DNA of 64,000 nucleotides. Origin: Minisyncoccota bacterium (GTDB lineage Bacteria > Patescibacteriota > Minisyncoccia > Phycocordibacterales > UBA1550). The notes under the pieces are model-generated. The model did no database searches and had not been told where the DNA came from. It saw only the letters and a list, made by a program, of their open reading frames with translations. A program made the position numbers and the translations under genes. The number at the start of each line of letters is the position of its first letter. Within the stretch, counting starts at the first letter, position 1. Location of the stretch: the NCBI GenBank assembly GCA_041660105.1, contig JBAZWZ010000001.1:523-64522 (forward strand), in the 5' to 3' direction. Shown one piece after another: positions 8,094-18,604 of the stretch.

Positions 8094-8825
8094 TTATATC
8101 CCCGAGAGTCCAAAGAGCCTACCGATGCCATACGTAATGACCATCGCGAGGATTCCACCTGCGACGACGCGGACGGTGGCGGTGCGCTTTGATGCGCCTC
8201 CTGCATGGGCGCTCAGACTGCCCGTGATAATAAGGGCAATAAGCACTGATATGAAGGTCGCCGTGACGCGCCAAGACTCAGGAGGAAGGGTGATGGCAAG
8301 AAGCGGAATAAGTGAGCCCGCAGTAAACGATGCTGCAGATGCGTACGCCGCGTGAAGTGGGTTGGTAAGGAAGTTGGGATTGATATGAAGCTCCACATCA
8401 ACGTGTGCTGCAAATGCGTCATGAGCGGTGAGCTCGATAGCAACGCGCTTTGCGGTATCCCGCGAGACGCCCTTACTCTCGTAAATACCAACTAATTCCT
8501 CGAGTTCGCTCTCGGGAACGGTATCAAGCTCGTGACGTTCCTTGGCGAGAAGTGCTTTCTCGGTATCGCGCTGAGTACTCACGGACACGTATTCCCCCAC
8601 TGCCATCGAGAGTGCCCCTGCGGTGAGTCCTGCGACTCCGGTAATAAGGATGACGTTTGAAGAGGCAGCAGCACCCGCAACCCCGAGAACAAGTGATGCG
8701 GTTGAAACGATGCCGTCGTTTGCGCCGAGGACGGCTGCGCGGAGTGCGTTGAGCTCGGTGTGTTTCTTTACTGATTGTTGGATAGGACTCATCCCCATAA
8801 GTATACCATCAAAAATACAAAACAA
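8094..8825 (-). CDS. VIT1/CCC1 family iron/manganese transporter
   Basis: 243 aa; SVKKHTELNALRAAVLGANDGIVSTASLVLGVAGA is typical of the VIT family, with multiple TM segments. Confidence 0.7.
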   Translation of the reverse strand: MFCIFDGILMGMSPIQQSVKKHTELNALRAAVLGANDGIVSTASLVLGVAGAAASSNVILITGVAGLTAGALSMAVGEYVSVSTQRDTEKALLAKERHELDTVPESELEELVGIYESKGVSRDTAKRVAIELTAHDAFAAHVDVELHINPNFLTNPLHAAYASAASFTAGSLIPLLAITLPPESWRVTATFISVLIALIITGSLSAHAGGASKRTATVRVVAGGILAMVITYGIGRLFGLSGI

Positions 8826-8874
8826 AGGGCGGTCCTTTTTTGCAAAAAAGGACCGCCCTTTGTTTTGTATTTTT
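8812..8874. terminator. 63-bp perfect palindrome / bidirectional terminator
   Basis: aaaatacaaaacaaagggcggtccttttttgcaaaaaaggaccgccctttgttttgtatttt. Confidence 0.6.
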
Positions 8875-9620
8875 TAACGAGGCATAGACAATGGAAAACT
8901 TTTTTGTGGAACCTTCTTTATCCCAAACACATTCACCACACCGCCTTTCATTTCCCCTGCCACAAAGACAGTGTCTCCTACAACAATCCCCGTGGAGGTA
9001 GCGTATGGCGCTTTGTCATCAAGGACCAGCGTGAGCGTCGTCGTACTCCTCGTGTCTCGCACAACGATAGCACCGTCAACAATTGATTTTACTTTGCACA
9101 AGCAAAGAGCACTTCCTGGTCCGATGGGGTGGCGCACCCCGCGGTAAATGTCAAAAGGCTGTGAATGTTGGCGTCCTGCGTCTGAGCGACGGAGCATTCT
9201 CTCGTTCATATCCGTACCTCGGTCAATAGCAAACCCAAGAAGCCCGATACTCGCGAGGAGCCCTAAGAGTAAATAAAGTACGGGGATCTTGTAACCAAAT
9301 CTGAAATGGCGAACCAATCGCTCAAGAATAAAAATTAACGCAATATCAAGAATAAGGAGCCCCCACGGGAAAAAGTGGAAGAAGGCTCCCCATCCCCGCG
9401 GACCAAAGGAAAGTAACATCTCGTGACTGTTGATACGAATGCTAAACAAAATAAAGTTAATTATAAAAACAGAAATGAGAAGCACCGCGAGCGAGAGAAC
9501 GGCGGTGGAAACTACTTTGATAGTGAAATATAATTTCGGGCGCATCGAAAGCTCCTTTGTATGTATCTTGTGAAGGATTGCGTCTTTTATACTGCTTTGT
9601 TTTGTTTCGTTATTATTCAT
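8874..9620 (-). CDS. Membrane-anchored anti-sigma factor-like protein
   Basis: 248 aa. Overlaps the upstream ECF sigma gene by 8 nt, so the two are translationally coupled. Cytoplasmic N-terminus, TM segments, extracytoplasmic C-terminal domain. Confidence 0.5.
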   Translation of the reverse strand: MNNNETKQSSIKDAILHKIHTKELSMRPKLYFTIKVVSTAVLSLAVLLISVFIINFILFSIRINSHEMLLSFGPRGWGAFFHFFPWGLLILDIALIFILERLVRHFRFGYKIPVLYLLLGLLASIGLLGFAIDRGTDMNERMLRRSDAGRQHSQPFDIYRGVRHPIGPGSALCLCKVKSIVDGAIVVRDTRSTTTLTLVLDDKAPYATSTGIVVGDTVFVAGEMKGGVVNVFGIKKVPQKSFPLSMPR

Positions 9621-10203
9621 AGTGCTTGTTCATTTTCTCATAAATTTCCTTCAGTGCCTCCTTTGCGCGCTTGAGACGTATACCGACCGTACCAGAAGGA
9701 ATTTGTAGGATGTCCGATATTTCTTTGTAGGACATCTCTTCAAGAAAGTGCAAGATGAGGACTTCACGATATTTTGGAGAAATTTTATCAAGCCCTTTAT
9801 CAATCATCACCCGCATCTCCTTCTGCTCACGCTCGAGCGGTGCGGGGTCATCATATACTGGGTGCGAAATCATCGTATCAAAATCAATAAGGATGAGCGG
9901 GTTGTATGAATTCTTTTTCAAACGGTTTACAAACGCGTTGTGTGCAATGCGATAAATCCACGGAGAAAAACGCTGTGCTGTATCAAAACTTTGAATATTC
10001 TGATATGCGCTCACGAAGACATCTTGCACGATGTCTTGGATATCCTCGTGACGCGCAAGGAACTTACGTCCGTATCGCAGAAGCTTAGCCTCGTATCGCT
10101 CAACGAGTACACCAAATTGGTTGATGTCCCCCTTTTGCACGAGGGAGACAAACTCTTCGTCGGTCATATCTCGATGTAGGTGGTCCATCTGAGTATTATA
10201 CAA
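9613..10203 (-). CDS. RNA polymerase sigma-70 factor, ECF subfamily
   Basis: 196 aa; region 2 (DIVQDVFVSAYQNIQSF..FSPWIYRIAHN) and region 4 (YREVLILHFLEEMSYKEISDILQIPSGTVGIRLKRAK). Confidence 0.85.
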   Translation of the reverse strand: MYNTQMDHLHRDMTDEEFVSLVQKGDINQFGVLVERYEAKLLRYGRKFLARHEDIQDIVQDVFVSAYQNIQSFDTAQRFSPWIYRIAHNAFVNRLKKNSYNPLILIDFDTMISHPVYDDPAPLEREQKEMRVMIDKGLDKISPKYREVLILHFLEEMSYKEISDILQIPSGTVGIRLKRAKEALKEIYEKMNKHYE

Positions 10204-10252
10204 TACTGTCTAATATATATTTCACACTACAGATTTTTCTATTGTTGCACTC

Positions 10253-10687
10253 TCATTGGGACTGTTCCAGCGGGCGGATCTGGACTGACTGGGCGGTGAC
10301 ACTGCCGTCGGCGTTTGTTGTTCCGATTACCGTTACACTTGTTCCTGTTGCGAGGTCAGCTTGCGTCCCTGTTGTGGACTTTGCAATCTGCGTTGTGCCA
10401 CTAACCAAAACAATCTTTGAACTTCCGTCTGGTGCCTTCACGGTGATACTCGTTGCATCCTTTGAAATGATTTCTCCTGCAACGACTCCGTTGCCACGCA
10501 TCCCTCGTGTTGCACCCCCTTGTCCACCAAACTGATTTCCTGAGCCCATCATCCCTGGCTGTCCGAATTGTCCACGTGCGGGGATGCTACTTTTTGAATA
10601 CATTGTTCCTGCATAAAAGGAAATGATCACTGCTACGACCAAGATACCAACATTTGTAATATTCTTTTTATTTTTAAAGTATTCCAT
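10253..10687 (-). CDS. Secreted/membrane-anchored hypothetical protein with a Gly/Gln-rich linker
   Basis: 144 aa; N-terminal TM or signal anchor, a GQFGQPGMMGSGNQFGGQGG low-complexity segment, beta-rich C-terminus. Confidence 0.45.
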   Translation of the reverse strand: MEYFKNKKNITNVGILVVAVIISFYAGTMYSKSSIPARGQFGQPGMMGSGNQFGGQGGATRGMRGNGVVAGEIISKDATSITVKAPDGSSKIVLVSGTTQIAKSTTGTQADLATGTSVTVIGTTNADGSVTAQSVQIRPLEQSQ

Positions 10688-10736
10688 ATTTTTATTATAA
10701 TTTTGACTTTAGGACTTTTGACTTTCGACTGGTTTC
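10688..10736. repeat. GACTTT-octamer intergenic repeat (family copy a)
   Basis: ttgactttaggacttttgactttcgact; the same motif family recurs at 48505-48540, 48600-48640, 50888-50960 and 53185-53229. Confidence 0.6.
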
Positions 10737-11963
10737 CTATTCGTATCGCATCGCTTCGATAGGATTCAAGTTTGCGGCGCGACGCGCTGGATAATATCCA
10801 AACACGATACCCGTCATTGCAGAAACTCCAAACGCCAGTATCACCGAAGTAAGTGAGACACTTGTTTTTACGAGCCCGGACAGGTTGACCACATACGATA
10901 TTCCCCACCCGAGCATAATCCCCGCGAGTCCGCCAATCACCGTGAGGGCGACAGCCTCGGCGAGAAACTGTGTCGAGATGTCTTTTTTCTTTGCACCTAT
11001 CGCTTTGCGAAGCCCTATCTCACGCGTGCGCTCAGTCACCGTCGTAAGCATCATATTCATAATACCGATACCACCCACGAGAAGTGAGATACCACCAATA
11101 GCAGCAAGGAGTGTCGTGAGTGTCGAAGTAACCCCTGACGCCGTCGCGAGAATATCGTTTTGATTCATAATACTAAAATCAGCAGCGGTGGAGTCACTTA
11201 TTTTGTGCCTATTCAAAAGAAGCGCTGTAATATCTTCCTGCACTTGGGACATTGCATCCTTGCTTGCTGCCTGTACCGCAATAGTGCTCAGATATTTGTC
11301 CCCCGAGAAGTATCGCTCAGAGCTCATCACGGGGATAAATATCACATCATCCTGACTCTGGAAACCAGTCCCACCCTTTGCGACCGTGACACCAACAACT
11401 TTGAACTCAAGCCCCTTGATACGGATACTCTTGCCCACCACATCAGTCGCATCAGCACCAAAGAGATCATCGCGCGTCGTCGGACCTATCACAGCAACTT
11501 TTGCTGCTGCTTCATTTTGCGCATCGGTAATAAAATTTCCCTCAGCAATTTCCACATTGCGAATCTGTGGATACGCTGAGGTAACACCCGTGACACTCGT
11601 GTTGGTGTTGGTCCCCTTCGCGGTTACTTGATACCTTCCTGACACTTGCGAATCGACCGCTAAAACATTTTCAATTTCGGTTGCAATGGCCTTCGCATCT
11701 TCGTTGGTGAGCGTTTTCGCGTTGCCACGTCCTCCACTCGCTCCAAATCCCTGCGTGCGCTGTGCCCCTGGCGTAACCTGAATCAAGTTTGAACCGAGAG
11801 ACTCGATACTTGAGGAGATACTGTTTGATGCGCCGGTGCCGATAGACACCATCGCGATAACCGAAGAAATACCGATCACAATACCAAGCATCGTGAGCCC
11901 AGAGCGAGCCTTGTTGGCAGAGAGCGCCGTGTATGTTTCGTGAATTATGTCGTTGACTTTCAT
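10737..11963 (-). CDS. ABC transporter permease, MacB/FtsX-like
   Basis: 408 aa; N-terminal TM, large periplasmic domain, C-terminal FtsX-like 3-TM module. Confidence 0.8.
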   Translation of the reverse strand: MKVNDIIHETYTALSANKARSGLTMLGIVIGISSVIAMVSIGTGASNSISSSIESLGSNLIQVTPGAQRTQGFGASGGRGNAKTLTNEDAKAIATEIENVLAVDSQVSGRYQVTAKGTNTNTSVTGVTSAYPQIRNVEIAEGNFITDAQNEAAAKVAVIGPTTRDDLFGADATDVVGKSIRIKGLEFKVVGVTVAKGGTGFQSQDDVIFIPVMSSERYFSGDKYLSTIAVQAASKDAMSQVQEDITALLLNRHKISDSTAADFSIMNQNDILATASGVTSTLTTLLAAIGGISLLVGGIGIMNMMLTTVTERTREIGLRKAIGAKKKDISTQFLAEAVALTVIGGLAGIMLGWGISYVVNLSGLVKTSVSLTSVILAFGVSAMTGIVFGYYPARRAANLNPIEAMRYE

Positions 11964-12670
11964 ATTGTTAATTGATGAATCTTCTGTTTTGTGTTTTTCA
12001 CATCAGAGACAATGGCTCCGTCGCGTACGGTAATGATACGCTCAGCGTACGCTGCGACATCAGGCTCGTGGGTGATGAGGATGATCGTGCTCCCTTGTTC
12101 CTTGTTGAGCTTTTGAAAAGTACCGAGGACGATTTCCCCAGTCTTGGTGTCGAGGTTGCCTGTCGGCTCATCAGCAAGAATAAGTGAAGGATTATTCACC
12201 AGTGCGCGAGCAATAGCAACACGTTGTACTTGCCCTCCAGAAATCTCATTGCTCTTGTGTCCAAAGTGCGTCTCGGTGAGACCCGCAGAATGAAGCGCCG
12301 CAACTGCTCTCTCTTCTCTCTCTCCCTCGGCAACACCCGCATACACGAGAGGAAGCATCACATTGCGAAGCACGGTCGTGCGTGGAAGAAGGTTGAACGC
12401 TTGAAAAACAAAACCAACTTTCTCATTGCGGATATCCGCAAGCGTCTCATCATCAAGTGTCGAGACATCGCGGTCGTCGAGATGATAGGTGCCACTCGTC
12501 GGCGTGTCGAGACATCCGAGGATATGCATGAGCGTCGACTTGCCCGAACCCGATGGCCCCATAATGGCAACAAACTCACCGTCTTTGATAGTAAAGGAAA
12601 CACCCTTGAGCGCTTGGAACGCCGTGTCGCCTGTCCCGTATTTCTTTGTGATGTTTTTTACTTCAATCAT
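11960..12670 (-). CDS. ABC transporter ATP-binding protein (MacB/LolD-like)
   Basis: Walker [13 protein letters not shown] signature LSGGQ-like ([15 protein letters not shown]), Walker [12 protein letters not shown]; overlaps the permease gene by 4 nt. Confidence 0.9.
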   Translation of the reverse strand: MIEVKNITKKYGTGDTAFQALKGVSFTIKDGEFVAIMGPSGSGKSTLMHILGCLDTPTSGTYHLDDRDVSTLDDETLADIRNEKVGFVFQAFNLLPRTTVLRNVMLPLVYAGVAEGEREERAVAALHSAGLTETHFGHKSNEISGGQVQRVAIARALVNNPSLILADEPTGNLDTKTGEIVLGTFQKLNKEQGSTIILITHEPDVAAYAERIITVRDGAIVSDVKNTKQKIHQLTI

Positions 12671-12674
12671 AAAT

Positions 12675-14447
12675 TTAGAGTCCTCGTAGTGCGCCCATCC
12701 CTGGTGCTCCGCCAGCGTTCGTCCTCGTGTTTCCTGTTGTTGTCGTTGTTGTTTTTGATGTAATCGTGCGTGTTATAATTTGTTCTCCCTCGGTGAGTCC
12801 TGATAATATTTCAACATTGGTATCATCTGAAATACCTGTCGTTACTTCAACTTGCTGTGGGGCTACCGCAGAGACGACGCCCTGAGTTCCTCCCGTCACC
12901 GCAAGCGCTGGAGAAAATACTTGCGCATAACTTACGCTATTTTGTGTCTTGATAGCGCTTGATGGCACAACAAGTACATCCTGTTTTACAGCGGTCTGAA
13001 TGGAAGCATTTACCGTCATCCCCGACTTGATGCGTGTGTCCTGAGTGTCAAAACCGATCTTAATATTGTACGAAACCACGCCACTACTTACTGTCCCCGC
13101 TGCATCAACCTCAGCTACCTTCCCCGTAAGGGTGAGGTCTTCAATCGCGTCAAAGGTGAGTGTCACCTTTTGTCCCACATTTACTTTTGCGGCGTCTACT
13201 TCGTTGAGCGTGAGCGCTGCTATCTTTTGAGTAGTGAGGAGGCTCGCGGCTGAAGTCCCCGTCGATACAGTATCAAACTGCTTCACATTGAAGGTCGCGA
13301 GAGTCCCTGCAAAAGGAGCGGTGATGGTGTAGTTGGCGAGGTCATCTTTGAGCTCGGCAAGCTTGCGCTCTTGGTCCGCAATACTGTACTGCGAAGACTG
13401 AAGGCTGATAGGATTGTTGCCGTCTGGATTACCTATTTTATAAATGGTAATGGACGTCTCATTGTCGCGAATTGTTTTCTTGGTCGCATCGAGTGTTTTT
13501 TGCTGGTTAAGGAGAGCGCTCAAGTTTGAGTTGGCCGTAGCAAGGTATGCGCGTGTGTTCGTGCGCATCGTATTCACTACTGTCGGCACGGGGCGTGAGT
13601 ATGTCGTGCCATAATCAATCACGGCATCGAGAAGATTGAGCTCACTCTGGAGAGCCTGCGCGATAGATGTCGTAGTGTCGATAGATGCTCCGAGCTGTTT
13701 CTCAAGTTCTGTTGTATTTGAGTAACGCGTAAGTGTCTTGTAGTCGATGATTGCTTGATCATACTTCGCGCGGGCAGTCGCATAATCCCGCACCGCAACA
13801 TCCGCGAACAAATTCATCGAGTCAGAATTGTTTGCAAAATTTCTAAAATAATCTACGTTATACTGACTCCTGTTGGGACTCAGGTCATATCCGTGAAGCG
13901 TATTATCCATTCCGGTAACCGCAGAGGGCAGATCGAGGTACGCCGTCGAGAGTGTATTAAATGTATCGTTGTATGTTGTCGTTAAATCTGTTTTTGCGGT
14001 CGCAAGTGACTCAAGTGATTTCTGGTAGTCGATAGGTGCTTGGGACTGGTCTTTTTGAAACTGGAGCCTTGCTTGAGCAAGAGAATTTTCTGCGTCAGCA
14101 ACATCCTGCTTTGCGGTCGTCGCATCAATCTGTGCGAGTGCCTGCCCAGCGTAAACGGTCTGCCCTGCTTTTACATACACGGCAGTGACTTCTCCTGCGG
14201 CCTTTGGCTTGAGGTCGAGCTGATTGAGAGCCGAAACCTGCCCGCTCGCTGATACAGAAGCAACGATAGTCCCCTTCGTCACGGTGCCCAATACATAACG
14301 AGGCTGTGCGGTCGTCGAGGTGAGATTGCCATACACGGTATAGCCGACCCAAATAACAACAACAGCGACTATTCCACTGATAATCTTGTGCGCTTTAATT
14401 TTTGCGACCATACCGCGCACCGGGACACGTGTTGAATGATTTTCCAT
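12675..14447 (-). CDS. HlyD/MacA-family periplasmic adaptor (membrane fusion protein)
   Basis: 590 aa; N-terminal TM, biotin-lipoyl-like hairpin (VKAGQTVYAGQALAQID), long coiled-coil, beta-barrel C-terminus. Confidence 0.75.
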   Translation of the reverse strand: MENHSTRVPVRGMVAKIKAHKIISGIVAVVVIWVGYTVYGNLTSTTAQPRYVLGTVTKGTIVASVSASGQVSALNQLDLKPKAAGEVTAVYVKAGQTVYAGQALAQIDATTAKQDVADAENSLAQARLQFQKDQSQAPIDYQKSLESLATAKTDLTTTYNDTFNTLSTAYLDLPSAVTGMDNTLHGYDLSPNRSQYNVDYFRNFANNSDSMNLFADVAVRDYATARAKYDQAIIDYKTLTRYSNTTELEKQLGASIDTTTSIAQALQSELNLLDAVIDYGTTYSRPVPTVVNTMRTNTRAYLATANSNLSALLNQQKTLDATKKTIRDNETSITIYKIGNPDGNNPISLQSSQYSIADQERKLAELKDDLANYTITAPFAGTLATFNVKQFDTVSTGTSAASLLTTQKIAALTLNEVDAAKVNVGQKVTLTFDAIEDLTLTGKVAEVDAAGTVSSGVVSYNIKIGFDTQDTRIKSGMTVNASIQTAVKQDVLVVPSSAIKTQNSVSYAQVFSPALAVTGGTQGVVSAVAPQQVEVTTGISDDTNVEILSGLTEGEQIITRTITSKTTTTTTGNTRTNAGGAPGMGALRGL

Positions 14448-14647
14448 TATATTTAGTATTTACCCACCTAACTTTTAGTTATTAAATATTGTTTCTAATA
14501 AATCTATATTCACCTGCCATTGTTATGTTACTAAAAGTTGGGCGGGTGAAAATTACTTGGAGTCAAAAGACTCATTACCCTGACTACTACAACTGAGCGA
14601 TAAAATATATTTCACTCTTATACATATAGTGTAGCACGTCGTTCGCT

Positions 14648-16783
14648 CTACCCGACTATGCTTTTGCGACGGAGGAGAAGTGCATTCAGGGCGACAACAA
14701 CAGTCGAAACACTCATAAGCACCGCGGCAAGCGCTGGCTCAAGAACAATTCCCCATGGTGCGAGCACACCCGCGGCAAGAGGAAGCGCCACAATATTGTA
14801 TCCCGTTGCCCAATAAAGATTTTGAATCATTTTAGTATACGTAAACTGGGATAGCCGAATAATTTTAGGAATATCGCGAGGGTCATTTTTTACGAGAATT
14901 ATACCCGCTGACTCTATAGCCACATTTGTCCCCGCGCCAATAGCAATGCCGAGGTCTGCCTGCATGAGTGCAGGGGCATCATTGACCCCATCTCCCACCA
15001 TAGCAACTTTGTGACCACGCTCTTGAAGCATTTTTACTTTTTCTGATTTCTCGCTTGGTAAGACTCGAGCAAAATATTCATCAATACCAAGGTCACGCGC
15101 TACCCATGCGGCAACGTCCGGAGCGTCTCCCGTAATCATCGCGGTGCGGATCCCCATATCACGGAGCTCTCGTATTGCTTCGCGCGATTCTTCGCGGATA
15201 ACATCTGCAAGCGCAACGGCCCCCACGAGACTTCCACTTGAGGCAACAAAGATAACCGTCTTGCCCTCACTTTCGAGACTATGTGTTTTCAAAAGCATTT
15301 CAGGTGGCAAAGCAATAGAATATTCCTGCATAAGTGTCTCATTACCTGAGACGACAACTCCTCCATCAGTATCACCACGTGCACCCTTCCCCGCAATGCG
15401 TTCGAAGTTTACTACGGGACGAGGAACAATATTTCTTTTTCGCGCCTCTGACACAACCGCTTTTGCAAGAGGATGCTCGGAGTCGTTGTTGAGTGATGCG
15501 GCTTTTGTTAGTACATCTTGTTCAGTAAAAAATGTTGCGGGAATAACTGCCGAAACCCCAAACGTTCCCTCCGTGAGTGTCCCTGTCTTGTCAAAAAGAA
15601 TCATATCTATAGTGCGCGCAGATTCAAGAGAAAGACGCTGGCGGACAAGGAAGCCATTGCGCGCGGCCATTGTCGTTGAAATAGAGGCAACGAGTGGCAC
15701 CGCAAGTCCAAGGGCGTGTGGGCACGCAATGACAAGCACCGCAACAAGTCGCTCGGTGGCAGTAGCAACACCCGCACCAAGGAGTATCCACGCAACAAAA
15801 GTAATCACACCAGACACCACTGCAATCATCGTCAAATAAAAGGCAGCACGGTCTGAGAGAATTTGTAACCGTGATTTGCTTGCTTCTGCTTCAGATACTA
15901 ACCGCATCACCCCAGCAAGGAACGTAGTCTCACCTATCTTCTCCACCTCTACAATCAAGCCCCCATCACCATTAATGGATCCTGCAATTACCACGTCCCC
16001 ATTCTTCTTTATGATGAGTTTTGACTCCCCCGTAATGATTGATTCATTGAGCTCTGACTGTCCTTCAATAACGACACCATCAGCAGGAACCTTTGCTCCC
16101 GGACGAACAAGAACATGGTCGCCCACTACAAGTTCAGATAATGGGATGGTGGATCTTGTACCATTACGCTCAACCACTGCGGTGTCGGGTAAAAGCTTGG
16201 CAAGTTCACTGAGCGCCCCTTGTACCCCCTGAACCGCCTTCATCTCTATGTAGTGACCGAGGAGCATTATTGCAATCAACGTCGAAAGCTCCCAAAATAG
16301 TGTATGTGATGTTCCCGACAATACAGCAAACACGCTGTATGAATATGCTGCAGTGATAGCGAGCGCAATAAGGGACATCATCCCTGGCAACCGCGCACGA
16401 AGCTCTCGATATGCACCTTTCAAAAATACTGAACCTCCATAAAAATATACAAATGAGCCGAGGAGGAATATGAAGTATTGTGCGCCTTCAAACTGTGGCG
16501 GCTGCCAAGTAGACACGAAAGCAAATATCTCTGAATACAAAATGATGGGAATTGTAAATATGAGTACAAACCAAAATTTTCTCAAAAAATCTTGTGCGTG
16601 ATGCCCTGCGTGTTTATTGACCGTTGCATGGTCATGCACCATATTCATCTTCCCGTGTTCGTGCTCCATATATGTATATGATACCACGAGCAAAACAAAA
16701 AGCGCGGGCCCAAAATCTGGGCACGCGCTTGTGATCACTTGCGGATCAATACGAACTGGATGTCCTCCTTCAGGGTTGCCCAC
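14648..16783 (-). CDS. Heavy-metal translocating P1B-type ATPase (CopB-like, CPH motif, His-rich N-terminus)
   Basis: DKTGTLT phosphorylation site, GDGVNDAPAL hinge, TM CPH motif (VIACPHALGLAVP), His-rich N-terminus (MEHEHGKMNMVHDHATVNKHAGHH). The true start may be the internal MEHEHG. Confidence 0.85.
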   Translation of the reverse strand: MGNPEGGHPVRIDPQVITSACPDFGPALFVLLVVSYTYMEHEHGKMNMVHDHATVNKHAGHHAQDFLRKFWFVLIFTIPIILYSEIFAFVSTWQPPQFEGAQYFIFLLGSFVYFYGGSVFLKGAYRELRARLPGMMSLIALAITAAYSYSVFAVLSGTSHTLFWELSTLIAIMLLGHYIEMKAVQGVQGALSELAKLLPDTAVVERNGTRSTIPLSELVVGDHVLVRPGAKVPADGVVIEGQSELNESIITGESKLIIKKNGDVVIAGSINGDGGLIVEVEKIGETTFLAGVMRLVSEAEASKSRLQILSDRAAFYLTMIAVVSGVITFVAWILLGAGVATATERLVAVLVIACPHALGLAVPLVASISTTMAARNGFLVRQRLSLESARTIDMILFDKTGTLTEGTFGVSAVIPATFFTEQDVLTKAASLNNDSEHPLAKAVVSEARKRNIVPRPVVNFERIAGKGARGDTDGGVVVSGNETLMQEYSIALPPEMLLKTHSLESEGKTVIFVASSGSLVGAVALADVIREESREAIRELRDMGIRTAMITGDAPDVAAWVARDLGIDEYFARVLPSEKSEKVKMLQERGHKVAMVGDGVNDAPALMQADLGIAIGAGTNVAIESAGIILVKNDPRDIPKIIRLSQFTYTKMIQNLYWATGYNIVALPLAAGVLAPWGIVLEPALAAVLMSVSTVVVALNALLLRRKSIVG

Positions 16784-17466
16784 AAAGAGATGAACTTTTT
16801 ATCAAACGAAGCTCCATTCCACGTGGCGGCGACAACGTGAGGCACGGAGCCGATCATCACGGTTGTCCCCACGAAGACATTTGCCTTGCCATTCTTGAAA
16901 TCACGAGGAACTTCATCGAGGTGCTCTTCGAGGTACATCAATTGCCTGATGTCGGAAGAATAATATTCAACATTCTTCACCATAACATCACAGGCAAGCT
17001 TGATGAGCTTCCCCGCATACATCGGCCCCACGCGTGCCACCTGACGGACAACGGAAACCTGATAGTGAGCAATCTCGCTTAGGGGAATATCAAACATCCC
17101 CTCTGTGAGCGTATACCCTCCCCAATGTTCTTCATCAGGCTTCAACTCAAACGCCTTGTTGTTGGGAAGGGATTGCCCCACGAGGCGTTCTGTTGCGACC
17201 ATTTCGTTGAGCACGCGCGTATACCAGCCAAGTGTGTACGGCACCAATGTTGGCACCGCAAGCATCTTGAACGGACAGTTATGGTAGCAGAAACGAATCA
17301 GCTCATCAACATACTTGTTGATACTTGCCAGCTGTTCTTTCCCCGCGAGAGATGGTTCCCTCTTTTCTTCGGGGGTTTCATTAAGCGGCAAAGACCCGGG
17401 TCCGAGCCATGGTTCCTTGTTCTTGAAACGCCGATTTGTTGCACTCACTTCATCGATTTCAGGCAT
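16735..17466 (-). CDS. Hypothetical protein (243 aa)
   Basis: Long ORF co-oriented with neighbours and overlapping the annotated ATPase start by 49 nt; no recognisable domain. Confidence 0.4.
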   Translation of the reverse strand: MPEIDEVSATNRRFKNKEPWLGPGSLPLNETPEEKREPSLAGKEQLASINKYVDELIRFCYHNCPFKMLAVPTLVPYTLGWYTRVLNEMVATERLVGQSLPNNKAFELKPDEEHWGGYTLTEGMFDIPLSEIAHYQVSVVRQVARVGPMYAGKLIKLACDVMVKNVEYYSSDIRQLMYLEEHLDEVPRDFKNGKANVFVGTTVMIGSVPHVVAATWNGASFDKKFISLWATLKEDIQFVLIRK

Positions 17467-17584
17467 TTTCGCCTCCTTTTGTTCGTTATTTACAAAGAAC
17501 CAAGATTGGTTCAGCTAATGCAATGATACCACAGGATTATCAATTCTGTCAAGTTGTCCACAGGTCCTAATTAAGATGAGGAAA

Positions 17585-17755
17585 CTACTCCTGCCCAAGT
17601 TTAAACCCGAGCCAGATACCAAGCAGACCGCCGACAAACGAAAAGAACACTGATGTATACGAGAAGCCATTATCTCCCCAGAGCATCGGCAAGTATGCAC
17701 CCGCAAATCCACCAATCGTCATAAAAATCCAAATGAGTGATTTCATATAACTATT
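17585..17755 (-). CDS. Small membrane protein (56 aa, two hydrophobic segments)
   Basis: Manual translation gives MKSLIWIFMTIGGFAGAYLPMLWGDNGFSYTSVFFSFVGGLLGIWLGFKLGQE; below the 60-aa ORF cutoff. Confidence 0.3.
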   Translation of the reverse strand, partial: NSYMKSLIWIFMTIGGFAGAYLPMLWGDNGFSYTSVFFSFVGGLLGIWLGFKLGQE

Positions 17756-17804
17756 GTATCATCACTCAAACAAAATGCCCCGACCTTGCGGTCGGGGCAT
17801 AAAA

Positions 17805-18200
17805 CTAGCGATGTTCAATAATGAGTCCAGGAACGAGCTCTGCGCACACTTCCGCCAAAATACGACGATGACAATGCTCGGCAGAATCTTCAATACACAA
17901 GAAAGTAAAGTTATCGTGTCGTGCCAAATACGCAATTTCCCACAGCTCACGCTGTGTCGTCGGATTGCTTAGTTGTTCGCGGAAACGTTCTTCATATACT
18001 TCCCACGATATTTCCTTGCGTAGATATGCACCAATGAGTTTTGGTGTCGGCGCAAACTGAGGATAGTGCAAATAGAATGATTCTTTCGTTATCCTGTTGT
18101 CAGGCGTCTTCCCATCCTGGAACGTGTGCCTGCTCATCACCGAGATTCGCAGACCATCTTCTTCCTCAACTGGTGCCAAAATACATTTCGTAATTAACAT
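17805..18200 (-). CDS. DUF488 family protein
   Basis: 131 aa; the pattern DGLRISVMSRH..GKTPD..WLK..APS..L resembles DUF488 (MTH938-like). Confidence 0.5.
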   Translation of the reverse strand: MLITKCILAPVEEEDGLRISVMSRHTFQDGKTPDNRITKESFYLHYPQFAPTPKLIGAYLRKEISWEVYEERFREQLSNPTTQRELWEIAYLARHDNFTFLCIEDSAEHCHRRILAEVCAELVPGLIIEHR

Positions 18201-18209
18201 ACCTTCCTC

Positions 18210-18479
18210 CTATTTTTGAAATTTCGGTTTACGAACAACAACAAACTCAAAATCAGGGTCGAGCCAGATTTTGTTGATGATTTTTGCAATCACATCGGGT
18301 GTATGGTTCCGAAAAAGAACGTGCCATGCACGATGCTTTTTAATGGGAACCTTCGAAATATTCTGGGGGATTGATTTCCCCTCACGAGAACGCGGCTTTC
18401 TGTGGTGCTCAGTCATCTCAGCTTGCTGTCGCCTGAAGGCTGATTCTTTCAACATCCTCTGCACTTTACCATTTGGCAT
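18210..18479 (-). CDS. Hypothetical basic small protein (89 aa)
   Basis: ORF only. Confidence 0.35.
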   Translation of the reverse strand: MPNGKVQRMLKESAFRRQQAEMTEHHRKPRSREGKSIPQNISKVPIKKHRAWHVLFRNHTPDVIAKIINKIWLDPDFEFVVVRKPKFQK

Positions 18480-18604
18480 ATTGCCTCCTTATGCTGACTT
18501 TTATTGACTACTGTTGACCTTCGCTCAGACTACCACGCAGTATGCCATTACGTCAATTACAAAACCCTCATCGGGTCAAATGCGCGGAAATGACCCGATG
18601 GAGC

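Noticed and set aside
11160-16232. Plus-strand ORFs antisense to the MacB/HlyD/ATPase genes (for example 11160-11579, 12224-12763, 15144-15839)
   Set aside because: Same reason: antisense shadows of well-supported genes.
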